Part shown: positions 18,954 through 28,133 of the stretch, in pieces
Numbering within the stretch: the first letter of the stretch is position 1
Layout: every line of letters begins with the position of its first letter
Origin: Planctomycetota bacterium
Lineage (GTDB): Bacteria > Planctomycetota > UBA1135 > GCA-002686595
DNA length: 64,000 bases
Direction of reading: 5' to 3'
Assembly: GCA_029259635.1 (NCBI GenBank)
Contig: JAJDEU010000009.1
Coordinates: forward strand, 1-64,000
Made by a program: the position numbers and the translations under genes
Notes under the pieces: model-generated
Told to the model about the DNA's origin: nothing
Seen by the model: the letters and a program-made list of their open reading frames with translations, nothing else
Databases searched by the model: none

Positions 18954-20111
18954 CTATTGTTTGTCCGCCGCAATGATGGCCGACCAGGGCTCAACAAGAT
19001 CACCCGCTCGTCCGCCGATAATCATTTGCCGCTGGGTGCCTCCGAAGCCGATGCTAAAAACCCCTCCGGCGAGACCGGGGAGGACGCGCACCATTAGGGG
19101 CATTTTTCGCGCATCCGCGTGCTTGAGAATCATCGGAATCATCACTCGGAGCGACGGCAGCCGCTCGAACTCCTCGAGTGAGGAAAAGCTTACCGGCAGG
19201 TTTCGGATGTTCATTCCGTTCGACTCGAGATCAACGAGCAACAAGCTCGGCTCCGTAGCCCCTGGGATCGTTGTAGCGAAGCCGGCGTGGTAGAGGGAGT
19301 TGCTGACGAAGGCGTGAACTTTGTCAGCCGGGACACTGTCCTCATGCGACCCCAATCGACGCAACCGCAATTCCTTGCGAGCCTCTTTCGTCACGACCAC
19401 ATTCAGGTCTGTGACTTTGTTGTAGGCGCGCACCAGGTCGAGCAGTGACTTTGCGGATTCGAGCTCAAGCGGGGCCGACGTCGGGGTAAAGAACGAGTCG
19501 GGTTTCGCGGAGAACATCTCGTTGCCCTCGGGCGAAGAGATCGCTCCGAGTATCGAGACCACATCACCAATCCGCGTGCCCGTACCCTCTAAAAGTAAGG
19601 ACTCCTTTTCCGGCTCCAAGAGCAGTGCTCCCGTCGGGCGGGTAATCGCGCGGAGCGCCGCCGGTAGCTGGCGATAATTAAGAGCGGGGAAAGAAGCTCG
19701 ATAGCGAACCCGAAGCGCGGAGTGCAGCGCGAGCTCCTCTTCGCTCACAATCTCTCCTTCTGAAGACTCGAACGGGTTTTCGGACACAAGGTGAGCAACG
19801 AGAACTCGGATCCCCGGAACCGTAATCGCGCTTAAGCCAACTCCGTGGGATGCGAGCAGTCCCTCGACGAGTGGCTGGAACTGATCCGCTGAAACCTGCA
19901 CATCCGCAAGCAGTCCCGTGCGCATCTGAACTAAGACTTCAGCGACTTCTTGGTCGTAACTGATCGAGACTTCATTCACCTCGACGAGGTCCGCCAGCAC
20001 TTCGTTCAGTGTGTCGTCCGCGTGAATGGTGACCGTAGTCACTTCTTCCTGAACGACCGGCGCGGCAAAGGCCGCCAGTACAAACATTCCAATACAAGTT
20101 GATGCGCCCAT
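18954..20111 (-). CDS. hypothetical secreted protein with secretin-N-domain-like repeats
   Basis: Signal-peptide-like N-terminus. Repeated segments 'ALLLEPEKESLLLEGTGTRIGDV' and 'SLLLVDLESNGMNIRNLP' recall GspD/PilQ N-domains, but there is no C-terminal secretin domain. Weak. Confidence 0.4.
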   Translation of the reverse strand: MGASTCIGMFVLAAFAAPVVQEEVTTVTIHADDTLNEVLADLVEVNEVSISYDQEVAEVLVQMRTGLLADVQVSADQFQPLVEGLLASHGVGLSAITVPGIRVLVAHLVSENPFESSEGEIVSEEELALHSALRVRYRASFPALNYRQLPAALRAITRPTGALLLEPEKESLLLEGTGTRIGDVVSILGAISSPEGNEMFSAKPDSFFTPTSAPLELESAKSLLDLVRAYNKVTDLNVVVTKEARKELRLRRLGSHEDSVPADKVHAFVSNSLYHAGFATTIPGATEPSLLLVDLESNGMNIRNLPVSFSSLEEFERLPSLRVMIPMILKHADARKMPLMVRVLPGLAGGVFSIGFGGTQRQMIIGGRAGDLVEPWSAIIAADKQ

Positions 20112-20295
20112 AGTTTTCTGTCCTCCCGTGGAATAAATCTCCGAAGCCCTCTACATCCGGTGCAAGCGTGCACTCCATCGACGTGCGCAAGAAGACGCGC
20201 GTTACAGAGCTCTCTTCCCTGTAATTCCGTAATGCCCGTAATCACCGCGAATAGGCCGATTCGACACATTCTCATTGGCCCGGTAGAATGAGCCC

Positions 20296-20634
20296 ATGCC
20301 TACCGCAAAAGACCACACGATCGTACACACCGCGCTCGACGATGTTGATGCGAGTATCCGGGCGCAAAAGCTCGAAGAGAATGGAATCCCCACTCTCAAG
20401 CTCGGCGGAACCTCCGGCGTAGCCTTCGGAATGATCCCTGCTCCCGAAGCCCTCCACATCGAGCTCTGGGTTCACAACGACCAACTCGAGACCGCCAACC
20501 AACTGATGGAATCGTTCGACGAGGCCCGCGGTCAATCTCCTGCTAGTCAATGGTCCTGCGGATGTGGCGAGCAGAACCCAAAAACTTTCGACGTCTGCTG
20601 GAAGTGCGGCGCAACCTTCGGAAAGTCGGCGTGA
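20296..20634 (+). CDS. DUF2007-like small protein with C-terminal zinc-ribbon (CxC...CxxC)
   Basis: 112 aa. C-terminal 'CGCGEQNPKTFDVCWKCG'. Confidence 0.45.
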   Translation: MPTAKDHTIVHTALDDVDASIRAQKLEENGIPTLKLGGTSGVAFGMIPAPEALHIELWVHNDQLETANQLMESFDEARGQSPASQWSCGCGEQNPKTFDVCWKCGATFGKSA

Positions 20635-20664
20635 GTCCGGCAGCCTGCTAAGCGACGCGGCCGC

Positions 20665-22065
20665 TTAGCGCTCGAAGCGCAGAGTCACGGTTGCGCTCGT
20701 GTTGTCAGGGAGCTGGGAGAAGAGGCCGGTCGTGTCGCTGGCGTTGAAGATCTGGAGGCTGGTGATCAGCTTGAGGTCCTCGTGCAGCGCGCGCAGTTGC
20801 TGTTCGTAGATGACCTCGTAGATGCGCTCGTCGAGCTGAGTGTCGAGGATAGCGCGGGCCTCCAAGGAGGTGCGACTGAAGTCGTTTTGCTCCCAGAAGG
20901 TGCGGAGAACGAAGTCAGAGCGGAAAGGTCGCAGGCGGGCGGCGGGATCGCTATCGCTCGCTCCAGATTCGCCGACGTACTCGATGGTGGTAGTGAGCTG
21001 ATCCCCGTCGAGGAAGAGATTCGGAAAGAGACGGTCCACGCCGAGAACGTATTGCAAGTAGTCCGCGGGAGTCGCGCTGGTCGAGTTGTCGAAGTTGTAC
21101 GGCCGCTTGTAGGCAACTTCCGCTTTGAAGGTGAGCGTCGAGAGGAAGTCACCGAGCGCGTCGGAGTTGGGGACCAAGCGCACTCCGCCTCCGACCGTGA
21201 GCGTGCCGAAATAAATCGGTACGAGACGACCGGCGACCGCGGTGACGATGGGCATGTGCTCGGGGCCGCGTGCGACGAGAACCTGAAGGTCGGCATTGGC
21301 GGGGTGGCTCTGCAGAGTGCTCTGCACGCGCAGCGCGAAGAGCGCTCCTTCGCTGCCGTGCGGAGCGAGTCCGGCGTCCTCGTCGAAGCTCATGCCCAGA
21401 CCGGAGAGGGAGAAACGCGACTCGTCGCTGGGGAATGGCGTTCGTCGGAAGACCGGTAAGACATAGAGCGAGAGCGTGGGCTCGCCAAAGGTCGAAGTGC
21501 CGTCCATGAACTGACGGAAGCGCAGGCCGAGCTCTCCCAAGCGGTCCGCATCGAGAAAGTCACTCTGTAGGTCGCGGCGGTTGAGGACGTCGATTGGATT
21601 GAAAGTGTCCGCAATGCCCCAGTTCTCGACGAACTGTCCAGCGCGCAAATCCCAGTTTGAACTCGCGTAGGTCAGATAGCCCTCGAAGGGCTCGAACTCA
21701 TTCACGTCGGAGTCGCGCAAGCTCACGCGAACGCGCGGTCGCAAGTAGCCCGTCGTGTTCGCCGCCAAGTCAAAATCCAGCTCGAGCTCGCTCTCAATGA
21801 CGTACTCGGACTCGTTCCCCGGCACGTTGCCCGCCGTATAAAACTTCGAGCGCCACTCGACAAAACCCTTCCAGCTGCGCAACACACCGGGCTCCTCAGC
21901 GGCGATGTCGCCCGCTTCGTCCATCCAATCGCCCGACAGAAGCTCATCGAGACCATCGTCGAAGATGAGCTCATCGAGAGCCTCCGGTTCCTCCTCGTCC
22001 TGCCAAAGGGCAGCGGGAGTGGCGACCGGTGAGAGAAGGCACAGAGCGGTGAGGAGAGTGAGCAT
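20665..22065 (-). CDS. putative outer-membrane protein (possibly DUF1302-like), third gene of the RND operon
   Basis: Signal peptide 'MLTLLTALCLLSPVATPAA'. β-rich composition. 6 bp downstream of the LolA-like gene. Confidence 0.4.
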   Translation of the reverse strand: MLTLLTALCLLSPVATPAALWQDEEEPEALDELIFDDGLDELLSGDWMDEAGDIAAEEPGVLRSWKGFVEWRSKFYTAGNVPGNESEYVIESELELDFDLAANTTGYLRPRVRVSLRDSDVNEFEPFEGYLTYASSNWDLRAGQFVENWGIADTFNPIDVLNRRDLQSDFLDADRLGELGLRFRQFMDGTSTFGEPTLSLYVLPVFRRTPFPSDESRFSLSGLGMSFDEDAGLAPHGSEGALFALRVQSTLQSHPANADLQVLVARGPEHMPIVTAVAGRLVPIYFGTLTVGGGVRLVPNSDALGDFLSTLTFKAEVAYKRPYNFDNSTSATPADYLQYVLGVDRLFPNLFLDGDQLTTTIEYVGESGASDSDPAARLRPFRSDFVLRTFWEQNDFSRTSLEARAILDTQLDERIYEVIYEQQLRALHEDLKLITSLQIFNASDTTGLFSQLPDNTSATVTLRFER

Positions 22066-22071
22066 CGCGGT

Positions 22072-22944
22072 TTAGCTATTCTCGAGCGCGCGCGTCGTGA
22101 AGACTTCGTCGGTGAGGTTGGGACGGCCTTTGCCCGTGCGCTTGCTGATATAGAGCGAGAGGTTCAGGAAGACTTTGTCGAAGGTGAGCAACGTGCGCTT
22201 GCCGGTCTGCAAGTTGCGCATGTCGAGCCCGAACGCGCGCCAAAAACGGCCGTGCATGTGCTCCCACTTGCCGGAGTCAGCCGACTTACGGTGAACTCCA
22301 GCCTTGTCGAAGTACTCGATCCGCTCCTGCCGCCAAAACTCGCGGTGGTAGTAGATGAGCAGGCGGGAATAACCGGTATCGCGATAGTTCGGACGCGCCT
22401 CGACAACGTAGACCGGAACCGACTCGCCATCGCGCTCGAGCATCGTCTCTTCGACGAAGGTCCAGTCGAAGTCACCGAGGTCGAGCACGGAGAGATCCTC
22501 GTAGGTGAACTCGGTGCCTTGAAAACTCGCGGTCTTATTCGCTCCGGAAATGCGTCTCACGCGCTTCGTCGCCGGCAAGTACAGCCAGTTGTCGTCGGAG
22601 GAACCAGGATGTTCGTGAGTCAACGCGGCGACGCCTTTGATCTCCGCAGGACTGACGAACTTGACGATCGATTTATCGCCCTCCTCGCCTTCGAGCAGCA
22701 TGCGCAGCACATGGCGCTCGACGGAGTCGCCGTGTGCATCGAAGAGCTCCATACGCCCTTGCCAGAGCTCGTCGACCCAACCGGAGTTGAAGCGGTCGGC
22801 GTACTCGGCGATTTGGTAGCCGTACTCGGCTGCATCCGACTTGGTGAATGTGGGCAGTTCCGGTACCGGCGGGAGGTCGGAGTTCGAGGATGCGAATGCG
22901 GTCGCAAACGAGAGGACAGCGGTTGCAATTAGTGGTGTATTCAT
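22072..22944 (-). CDS. LolA-like outer membrane lipoprotein-sorting protein family (PF17131-type), RND partner
   Basis: 'DDNWLYLPATKRVRRISGANKTASFQGTEFTYEDLS' closely matches the conserved core of the LolA_like family found beside MMPL/HpnN-type RND genes (from memory). Has a signal peptide. Confidence 0.7.
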   Translation of the reverse strand: MNTPLIATAVLSFATAFASSNSDLPPVPELPTFTKSDAAEYGYQIAEYADRFNSGWVDELWQGRMELFDAHGDSVERHVLRMLLEGEEGDKSIVKFVSPAEIKGVAALTHEHPGSSDDNWLYLPATKRVRRISGANKTASFQGTEFTYEDLSVLDLGDFDWTFVEETMLERDGESVPVYVVEARPNYRDTGYSRLLIYYHREFWRQERIEYFDKAGVHRKSADSGKWEHMHGRFWRAFGLDMRNLQTGKRTLLTFDKVFLNLSLYISKRTGKGRPNLTDEVFTTRALENS

Positions 22945-22962
22945 TGTGAGTTCCTAACGAGG

Positions 22963-25900
22963 TCAGGCAGAGACAGCCTGTGTCTTCGAGATGTGAACGG
23001 GCTCGGTGTCGGTCGAGCGCTTGGCGCGAAAGCCGGGCAGGTAGGAGAGCAGCGCGGGCACAACCAGAATGTCCGCGACCAAGGCGAGGAAGAACATCGC
23101 GATCGCCAAGGTGCCCATCATGTAGTTGGGGCGAAAGTCGCTGAAGGTCAGTCCGGCGAACCCGACGATCAAGACCACCGAAGTCGTCGTAATCGCGCGA
23201 CCGACGCGGTCGTAGGTGAAGATCATCGATTCCCGCAGGCTCTTTCCCAACCGCCGAGCTTTGGTGAACTTCGCGAAGAAGTGAATCGTGTCGTCCACGC
23301 ACACGCCGAGCGCGACCGAGGCCACCATGATCGCCGGGCCGTCGAGCGGGTCGCCAGTCAATCCGATGAAGCTGAGCGGAATCAGGATCGGCAGCAGGTT
23401 CGGCACGATGCTCACAATCGCGAGCGTTACCGACCTGAAGATCAGCGCGATCAAAATCGTGATCACGATGAGCGCGAGGCCCATCGACTCGAGGAAGCCT
23501 CGCGTGAACTTCTCCGGCGTCCGCGAGAACAATACCGTTTTGCCGGAGATGGTCAGATCGGAGAGCGGCGGGCCACCGGCAACAACACCAGACAGGCTGG
23601 GAAACTCGTTGCGCGCGATTTCGGCCACGAGATCGAAGGCTTCCTGCTGGAGCATCGTCGGGGCTTGCTTCACGCGGCCCTGCATCCGGAAGAAACGCCG
23701 ATCGCCACTGATCTGCGTGGCGAGGTTTTCGCCCGGGCGCGCGCCATTCTCGTACTGCAAGAAGTACTGAGCGATCAGGCTGCTCGCGCTTTGCCCGGGC
23801 AGGAGGTTCCACTCCTCGCTCCAGGGATCGAGCTCGAGCTGGTCTTCGCGCGAGCCCGCCGCGATATCGCCCTCGTTCGGCACACGGTAATACTCCGCGC
23901 GGTTCTCATTCTGCACCTGGTTCATCTTGCGCAGGATGTCGAGTGGACTCGTCAAGTCCGTCACGACATTCAATGGCGAGTTCGGATCGCTCATTTCGTC
24001 GAGCAAGCGCTTCTCAAACTTTTCCAGCTCGACGAAGAAGGCGCTCGCAGCACCGATCCGGTTGCGCTCGATCGCCGCACTCTCTTTCTCAAGGCCGGCG
24101 AGTTCCTCGAGCTCGTCCGCGCTCAGCTCCGAAAACTCGTCGGAAGCCTGCACAGCGCCGAGTTGCTGAAGCCGCAGCTCCTGAAGTCGACTTCGACTCT
24201 CGTCGAACGCGCGCACATCGCTCTCGCGATCCATTCCATTGAACACGATCTCGAGATCGCCGATTCCCCCCAGCCGCGACTCGATCCAGTGAAAGTCCTC
24301 CATGACCTTGTTGTCATCCGGGAACATGGCGCGGAAGTCTGTATCGATCGTGAAGCGCGACATGCCTACCGCCGTAACGATCATCACGAGCCCGGTCGCG
24401 GCCAGAATCTTGCCGCGAGCACCCAGCACCCAATCGGTGACACGGACACTCATCTTGTGCGTACTGTCGGGCGCCACTTCGGCGTGCTTTTCCTTGGGCA
24501 GCGGAATCAGGGAGAGCAGCGCCGGCAGGAGGGTCATCGAAACCGCATAAGCCGCGAGAGTTCCCAGACCGGCCGTGTAGCCGAGCATGCCCATCGGCGC
24601 GATCTCACTGACCGTCAATGAGTAGAAGCCGACCGCAGTGGTGACCGACGTCAGAAAAACGGGCAGCGCGTTCCGGCGAATGACCTCGATCATCATCTCG
24701 CGCCGCGAGTCCATGCTGTGCCGCAAGACTGACCAGGCGGCGACGAGGTGAATCGCGTCGGCGATGCCGACTGCGGTCAACATCGTCGGCGAGATCATCG
24801 TCAGGTTATTGAGCAGGTCGCCCGCACTCTGCACGACGCCGAGCATGATCACGACCGAGACGCCGACAACAACCATCGGTGCGATCACTCCGATGGCGTT
24901 TCGGAAGGTAAGGAAGAGGACCAGCGTGATCAGAACCACGACCAGCGCCATGAACTTCGCGTCGGCCATTCCGACCTGCATGAAGTTGCGCTCGAAGGTG
25001 GGAAGGCCGGCGATCCTAAAGTCGTAGTCGCTCCGCGGCGTGGGCTGAAAACTCGCCGGTCCCGCAATGACGTTGCTCGGATCACTGCGATCTTCCCAGC
25101 CTCCGTTGCCGTCGGGGTCGAGTTCAAAAAACTTCCGAACGAGCTCGCCACTCTCCGACTCCATGAAGTTGCGACTGGGGTCCGCAAGCTGGAAGCTCAG
25201 GCGGTCCTTCTCCTTACCGAGGGGCATACCGTCGACCCATTTTGTGAGCATCGCGTGCGAATCTGTCGGGACGGCTCGTCCCCGTTCTTGCCGCAAGACA
25301 TGCTCGATTCCGCGCAAGCTCGCGTGTTGCGATTGAACGGAGAAGAGCGCGGGTGCCGCGGCGCGGTTCGGCGTCCCTTCCGGGAAGACCGCCGCGAGAT
25401 CCGCTTCGTCCGCACGACCGCGCAGCACCTGCACTTGAATGGTCGTGATGTCCGCACGCTCCCCAACGATCGTCCCGAGCATCAGAGGCTCGCCGATAAA
25501 GTCGTCGAGGTTCGCGTCCGCCCCGATCGCCCGCCGGACCAACTCTTCACCCACCAGCTCTGCGCTCTTCCGACCGCCCAGAACCGCAACCATGCGCTCG
25601 ACCAAGTCTTCGTCGGTGAGCTCGGCGATCTCCGCCTCGGACATGTGAACCAGGTCCGAGACGATGAGCCCGCGCTCGCCCGCTCCCTCAATCTCGCCGT
25701 AACGAATCCACGGCGCGGAAGTCAGACTGCGAACGTGTCGAACGCCGGGCACCTTCAGGAGCTCTTCCGTAAGGCGCGCGATCGTCATCAGAGGCTTGCG
25801 ACCGAAGACGCCCAGGGGATCTTCCGTCTCCTCGAAAGCGACGACGACATAGTCCTCGGCCACGAACTTTGCCTCGATGTCGCGGTAGGCCTCGACCGCG

Positions 25901-26139
25901 GGATCGTCCTTGCCGAACCAAATGTCCATGCGCGGATCGAAGACGACCGGGGGAGGTGTCAGTCCTCCCGCCGTGTCGCCGAGCTGGTTCAGTCGCCCGG
26001 TTAAACCCGAGACGGCGCTTCCCATGCCCGAACCGGCCAAGGCCACGCAGATGAGGACGAGCAGACTGAGCGGCCAGCGCCATCGGTAGAGACGCTCGGC
26101 GAAGTCCGGGCGAGAGGGTTTGGATGCGTTCGAGGTCAT
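22963..26139 (-). CDS. RND-superfamily exporter of MMPL/HpnN (SSD, HAE3-like) type
   Basis: 1058 aa with two 6-TM sterol-sensing-type bundles, each followed by a large periplasmic domain. 'GVCVDDTIHFF' and 'GIADAIHLV' are typical of the MMPL/HpnN family. Confidence 0.85.
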   Translation of the reverse strand: MTSNASKPSRPDFAERLYRWRWPLSLLVLICVALAGSGMGSAVSGLTGRLNQLGDTAGGLTPPPVVFDPRMDIWFGKDDPAVEAYRDIEAKFVAEDYVVVAFEETEDPLGVFGRKPLMTIARLTEELLKVPGVRHVRSLTSAPWIRYGEIEGAGERGLIVSDLVHMSEAEIAELTDEDLVERMVAVLGGRKSAELVGEELVRRAIGADANLDDFIGEPLMLGTIVGERADITTIQVQVLRGRADEADLAAVFPEGTPNRAAAPALFSVQSQHASLRGIEHVLRQERGRAVPTDSHAMLTKWVDGMPLGKEKDRLSFQLADPSRNFMESESGELVRKFFELDPDGNGGWEDRSDPSNVIAGPASFQPTPRSDYDFRIAGLPTFERNFMQVGMADAKFMALVVVLITLVLFLTFRNAIGVIAPMVVVGVSVVIMLGVVQSAGDLLNNLTMISPTMLTAVGIADAIHLVAAWSVLRHSMDSRREMMIEVIRRNALPVFLTSVTTAVGFYSLTVSEIAPMGMLGYTAGLGTLAAYAVSMTLLPALLSLIPLPKEKHAEVAPDSTHKMSVRVTDWVLGARGKILAATGLVMIVTAVGMSRFTIDTDFRAMFPDDNKVMEDFHWIESRLGGIGDLEIVFNGMDRESDVRAFDESRSRLQELRLQQLGAVQASDEFSELSADELEELAGLEKESAAIERNRIGAASAFFVELEKFEKRLLDEMSDPNSPLNVVTDLTSPLDILRKMNQVQNENRAEYYRVPNEGDIAAGSREDQLELDPWSEEWNLLPGQSASSLIAQYFLQYENGARPGENLATQISGDRRFFRMQGRVKQAPTMLQQEAFDLVAEIARNEFPSLSGVVAGGPPLSDLTISGKTVLFSRTPEKFTRGFLESMGLALIVITILIALIFRSVTLAIVSIVPNLLPILIPLSFIGLTGDPLDGPAIMVASVALGVCVDDTIHFFAKFTKARRLGKSLRESMIFTYDRVGRAITTTSVVLIVGFAGLTFSDFRPNYMMGTLAIAMFFLALVADILVVPALLSYLPGFRAKRSTDTEPVHISKTQAVSA

Positions 26140-26144
26140 GGCTC

Positions 26145-26156
26145 CCTACTAGTAGG
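26145..26156. promoter_or_regulatory. 12-bp perfect palindrome CCTACTAGTAGG, 6 bp upstream of the RND start (candidate TetR operator)
   Basis: Perfect dyad in the 62-bp tetR-RND spacer. A near-identical copy lies at 26781..26792. Confidence 0.45.
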
Positions 26157-26201
26157 TAACGTGAGGTTCAAAAAAAATGCCCACGCAGACGGCGCGGGCG
26201 G

Positions 26202-26765
26202 TTAGACGTACAGGTTGGATCGGATTTGGCGGGCGACGGCGTCGTAGACGGCGCGTCCGTGGACGCGGGCCGAGAGCATCACGCCCTGGGTCGTGGAGAG
26301 CAGGTACCAGGCCTGATCCGCGGCTTCTCCCTCGAATTGAAACTGCCCTTGCGCTCGCCCGGCCTCGAGGACCGCGCACAGCTTTTCGTGGTGGTCGTGG
26401 AAGAGCACATCCACGCGGGCCTGCATTTTCTCGGGAAGAGAGGCGTATTCCGCTTGAAGGACACCGCCAGGGCAGCAGCGGTCGCCCATCTCGGCCATCT
26501 GCGCGCCCAGCTCAAGCTTGGCTTCGATCAGCGCTTTCGGCCCCCCTCCCGCCTCTTCTGCGGCCTTCATCGTCTCGACGTAAAAAGCCTCAAAATGGTC
26601 GCAAATGGCCACGCCAAGGGCCTCTTTCGACGCGAAATGGTGATGAATGCTCGCTTTCGTGATCCCCAACCGATCGGAGAGATCCTGGTAACTAAAGCCG
26701 CAGAACCCCTTCACGAGAAGGAGCTCTGCCGCCAGTTCGAGGATCTCTTGCTTTCGGTCCGACAT
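26202..26765 (-). CDS. TetR/AcrR family transcriptional regulator
   Basis: HTH 'GFCGFSYQDLSDRLGITKASIHHHFASKEALG'. Directly upstream of the RND gene on the same strand. Start could be GTG at 26768. Confidence 0.85.
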   Translation of the reverse strand: MSDRKQEILELAAELLLVKGFCGFSYQDLSDRLGITKASIHHHFASKEALGVAICDHFEAFYVETMKAAEEAGGGPKALIEAKLELGAQMAEMGDRCCPGGVLQAEYASLPEKMQARVDVLFHDHHEKLCAVLEAGRAQGQFQFEGEAADQAWYLLSTTQGVMLSARVHGRAVYDAVARQIRSNLYV

Positions 26766-26780
26766 CACAAGAGCAGCCTA

Positions 26781-26792
26781 CCTACTGGTAGG
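26781..26792. promoter_or_regulatory. second copy of operator-like motif CCTACTGGTAGG, 13-16 bp upstream of the tetR start
   Basis: 11/12 identity to the palindrome at 26145..26156. The position suggests autoregulation. Confidence 0.4.
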
Positions 26793-26981
26793 TTGAGCGC
26801 AAGCCCCGGCTTGGATTTTTCTGAACGCTCATCGAGGCAGGGAGAGAAAGCGCACCTGCTTGACCGAACAGGGCGACCGTCGCTCAGCCGATCGCCTCTG
26901 CAAGCGCTAGCCCGTCAGCTACGGCCTTCGCTGGGCGGACTTTACCTAGCCCGTCCGCGAGCGCCAAGTGGGCTCGCCCCG

Positions 26982-28040
26982 TCAACGCCACCAGGACTTG
27001 AAGACCGCTCGGGCGAAGTTGAAGCCGTAGGTGAAGTTGCGGCCCTTCTTACTCTCGCCACTCTGGCGACGGAGGACGGTGATCGGCACTTCGCCAATGC
27101 GCAGGCCGTTGCGCGCGGCGGAGATGATCGTCTCGGCGGCCTGAAACTGGTCTTCGTTGAGAACGATCTTCTTGAGGCTGCTGACGCGAATGGCTTTGAA
27201 GCCGTTGGAGCAGTCGGAGATCTTGGTGCCGATCAGGAAGTTGATCAGCGCGCTGTAGACGTGGATGCCGGCCAGGCGAACCTTGCTGTCCTTCTCGCGT
27301 TCGCCGAGAAGTCGGGAGCCAACGATGAAGTCGTGGGTTTCGTTTTTTACGGGCTCGACTAGGCGCTCGATCTCTTCGGGCAGGTGTTGACCGTCGGAGT
27401 CGAGCGTGACGACGATCTCCGCACCGATGCGCTCGGCGACATCGTAGGCCAACCGCTGGGCGGCGCCTTGGCCGCGACGCATCGGGTGCGAGATGACCGC
27501 ATGGCCGGAAGCTCTGGCAACTTCCGCGGTTCCGTCGTCACTTCCGTCGTCGATGACGAGCACGCGGACCGCCAGGCCACAGACCTCGGCGGGGACGCGC
27601 GCGAGCACCGGGCCGATGTTGTCCTCTTCGTTCAGAGCGGGCATGACGACGAGGACCTGGGCTCCCTGAAGCTGCGCTTCGCAGTCGGACATGCCCTGAC
27701 GCTGCGAATAGACGCGGACGAATCGATCGAGCGTGCGGCGCGCGACGAAGAGCTTCCCGCGTTCCCTGAAGAACAAGAGCCACAGCAGCAGGTTCGAGAG
27801 GACGAGCAGCGCGAGCAGGCGACCGTGCGCGACCTGCTCCATGGAGAGCATGGAGACCGCGAAGTTGGCGAGGTCGGGCTCGAGGCAGACGGCCGCGAGG
27901 CCGAAACCGATCGCCCATCGCAGGCCGGTCTCGAAGCGCGAGAGGCTGCCTGCGCGGAAGCGCAGGAAGGCGAAGAAGACGACCGTGAGGCCAGCCAACC
28001 CACCGAGCACGCGAAGTAGAACGAGGGAGTGTTCTCCCAT
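26982..28040 (-). CDS. membrane-anchored family-2 glycosyltransferase (ArnC/DPM1/GtrB-like polyprenyl-phosphate sugar transferase)
   Basis: GT2 core 'VLVVMPALNEEDNIGPVL...VLVIDDGSDDGT...VVTLDSDGQH' (DxD, DGQH). N-terminal about 100 aa carries TM helices. Confidence 0.75.
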   Translation of the reverse strand: MGEHSLVLLRVLGGLAGLTVVFFAFLRFRAGSLSRFETGLRWAIGFGLAAVCLEPDLANFAVSMLSMEQVAHGRLLALLVLSNLLLWLLFFRERGKLFVARRTLDRFVRVYSQRQGMSDCEAQLQGAQVLVVMPALNEEDNIGPVLARVPAEVCGLAVRVLVIDDGSDDGTAEVARASGHAVISHPMRRGQGAAQRLAYDVAERIGAEIVVTLDSDGQHLPEEIERLVEPVKNETHDFIVGSRLLGEREKDSKVRLAGIHVYSALINFLIGTKISDCSNGFKAIRVSSLKKIVLNEDQFQAAETIISAARNGLRIGEVPITVLRRQSGESKKGRNFTYGFNFARAVFKSWWR

Positions 28041-28133
28041 TTCAACCCGTCCGCTTGCGGAGAGAGATAATCACAGTCGTTTCGTGAGAGTCATCTGCGC
28101 CCGAGCCGAAAGGCCCGGGCCGATCACTTGCTC

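Noticed and set aside
22993-26004. 542-aa and 418-aa plus-strand ORFs
   Set aside because: Antisense to the RND transporter gene.
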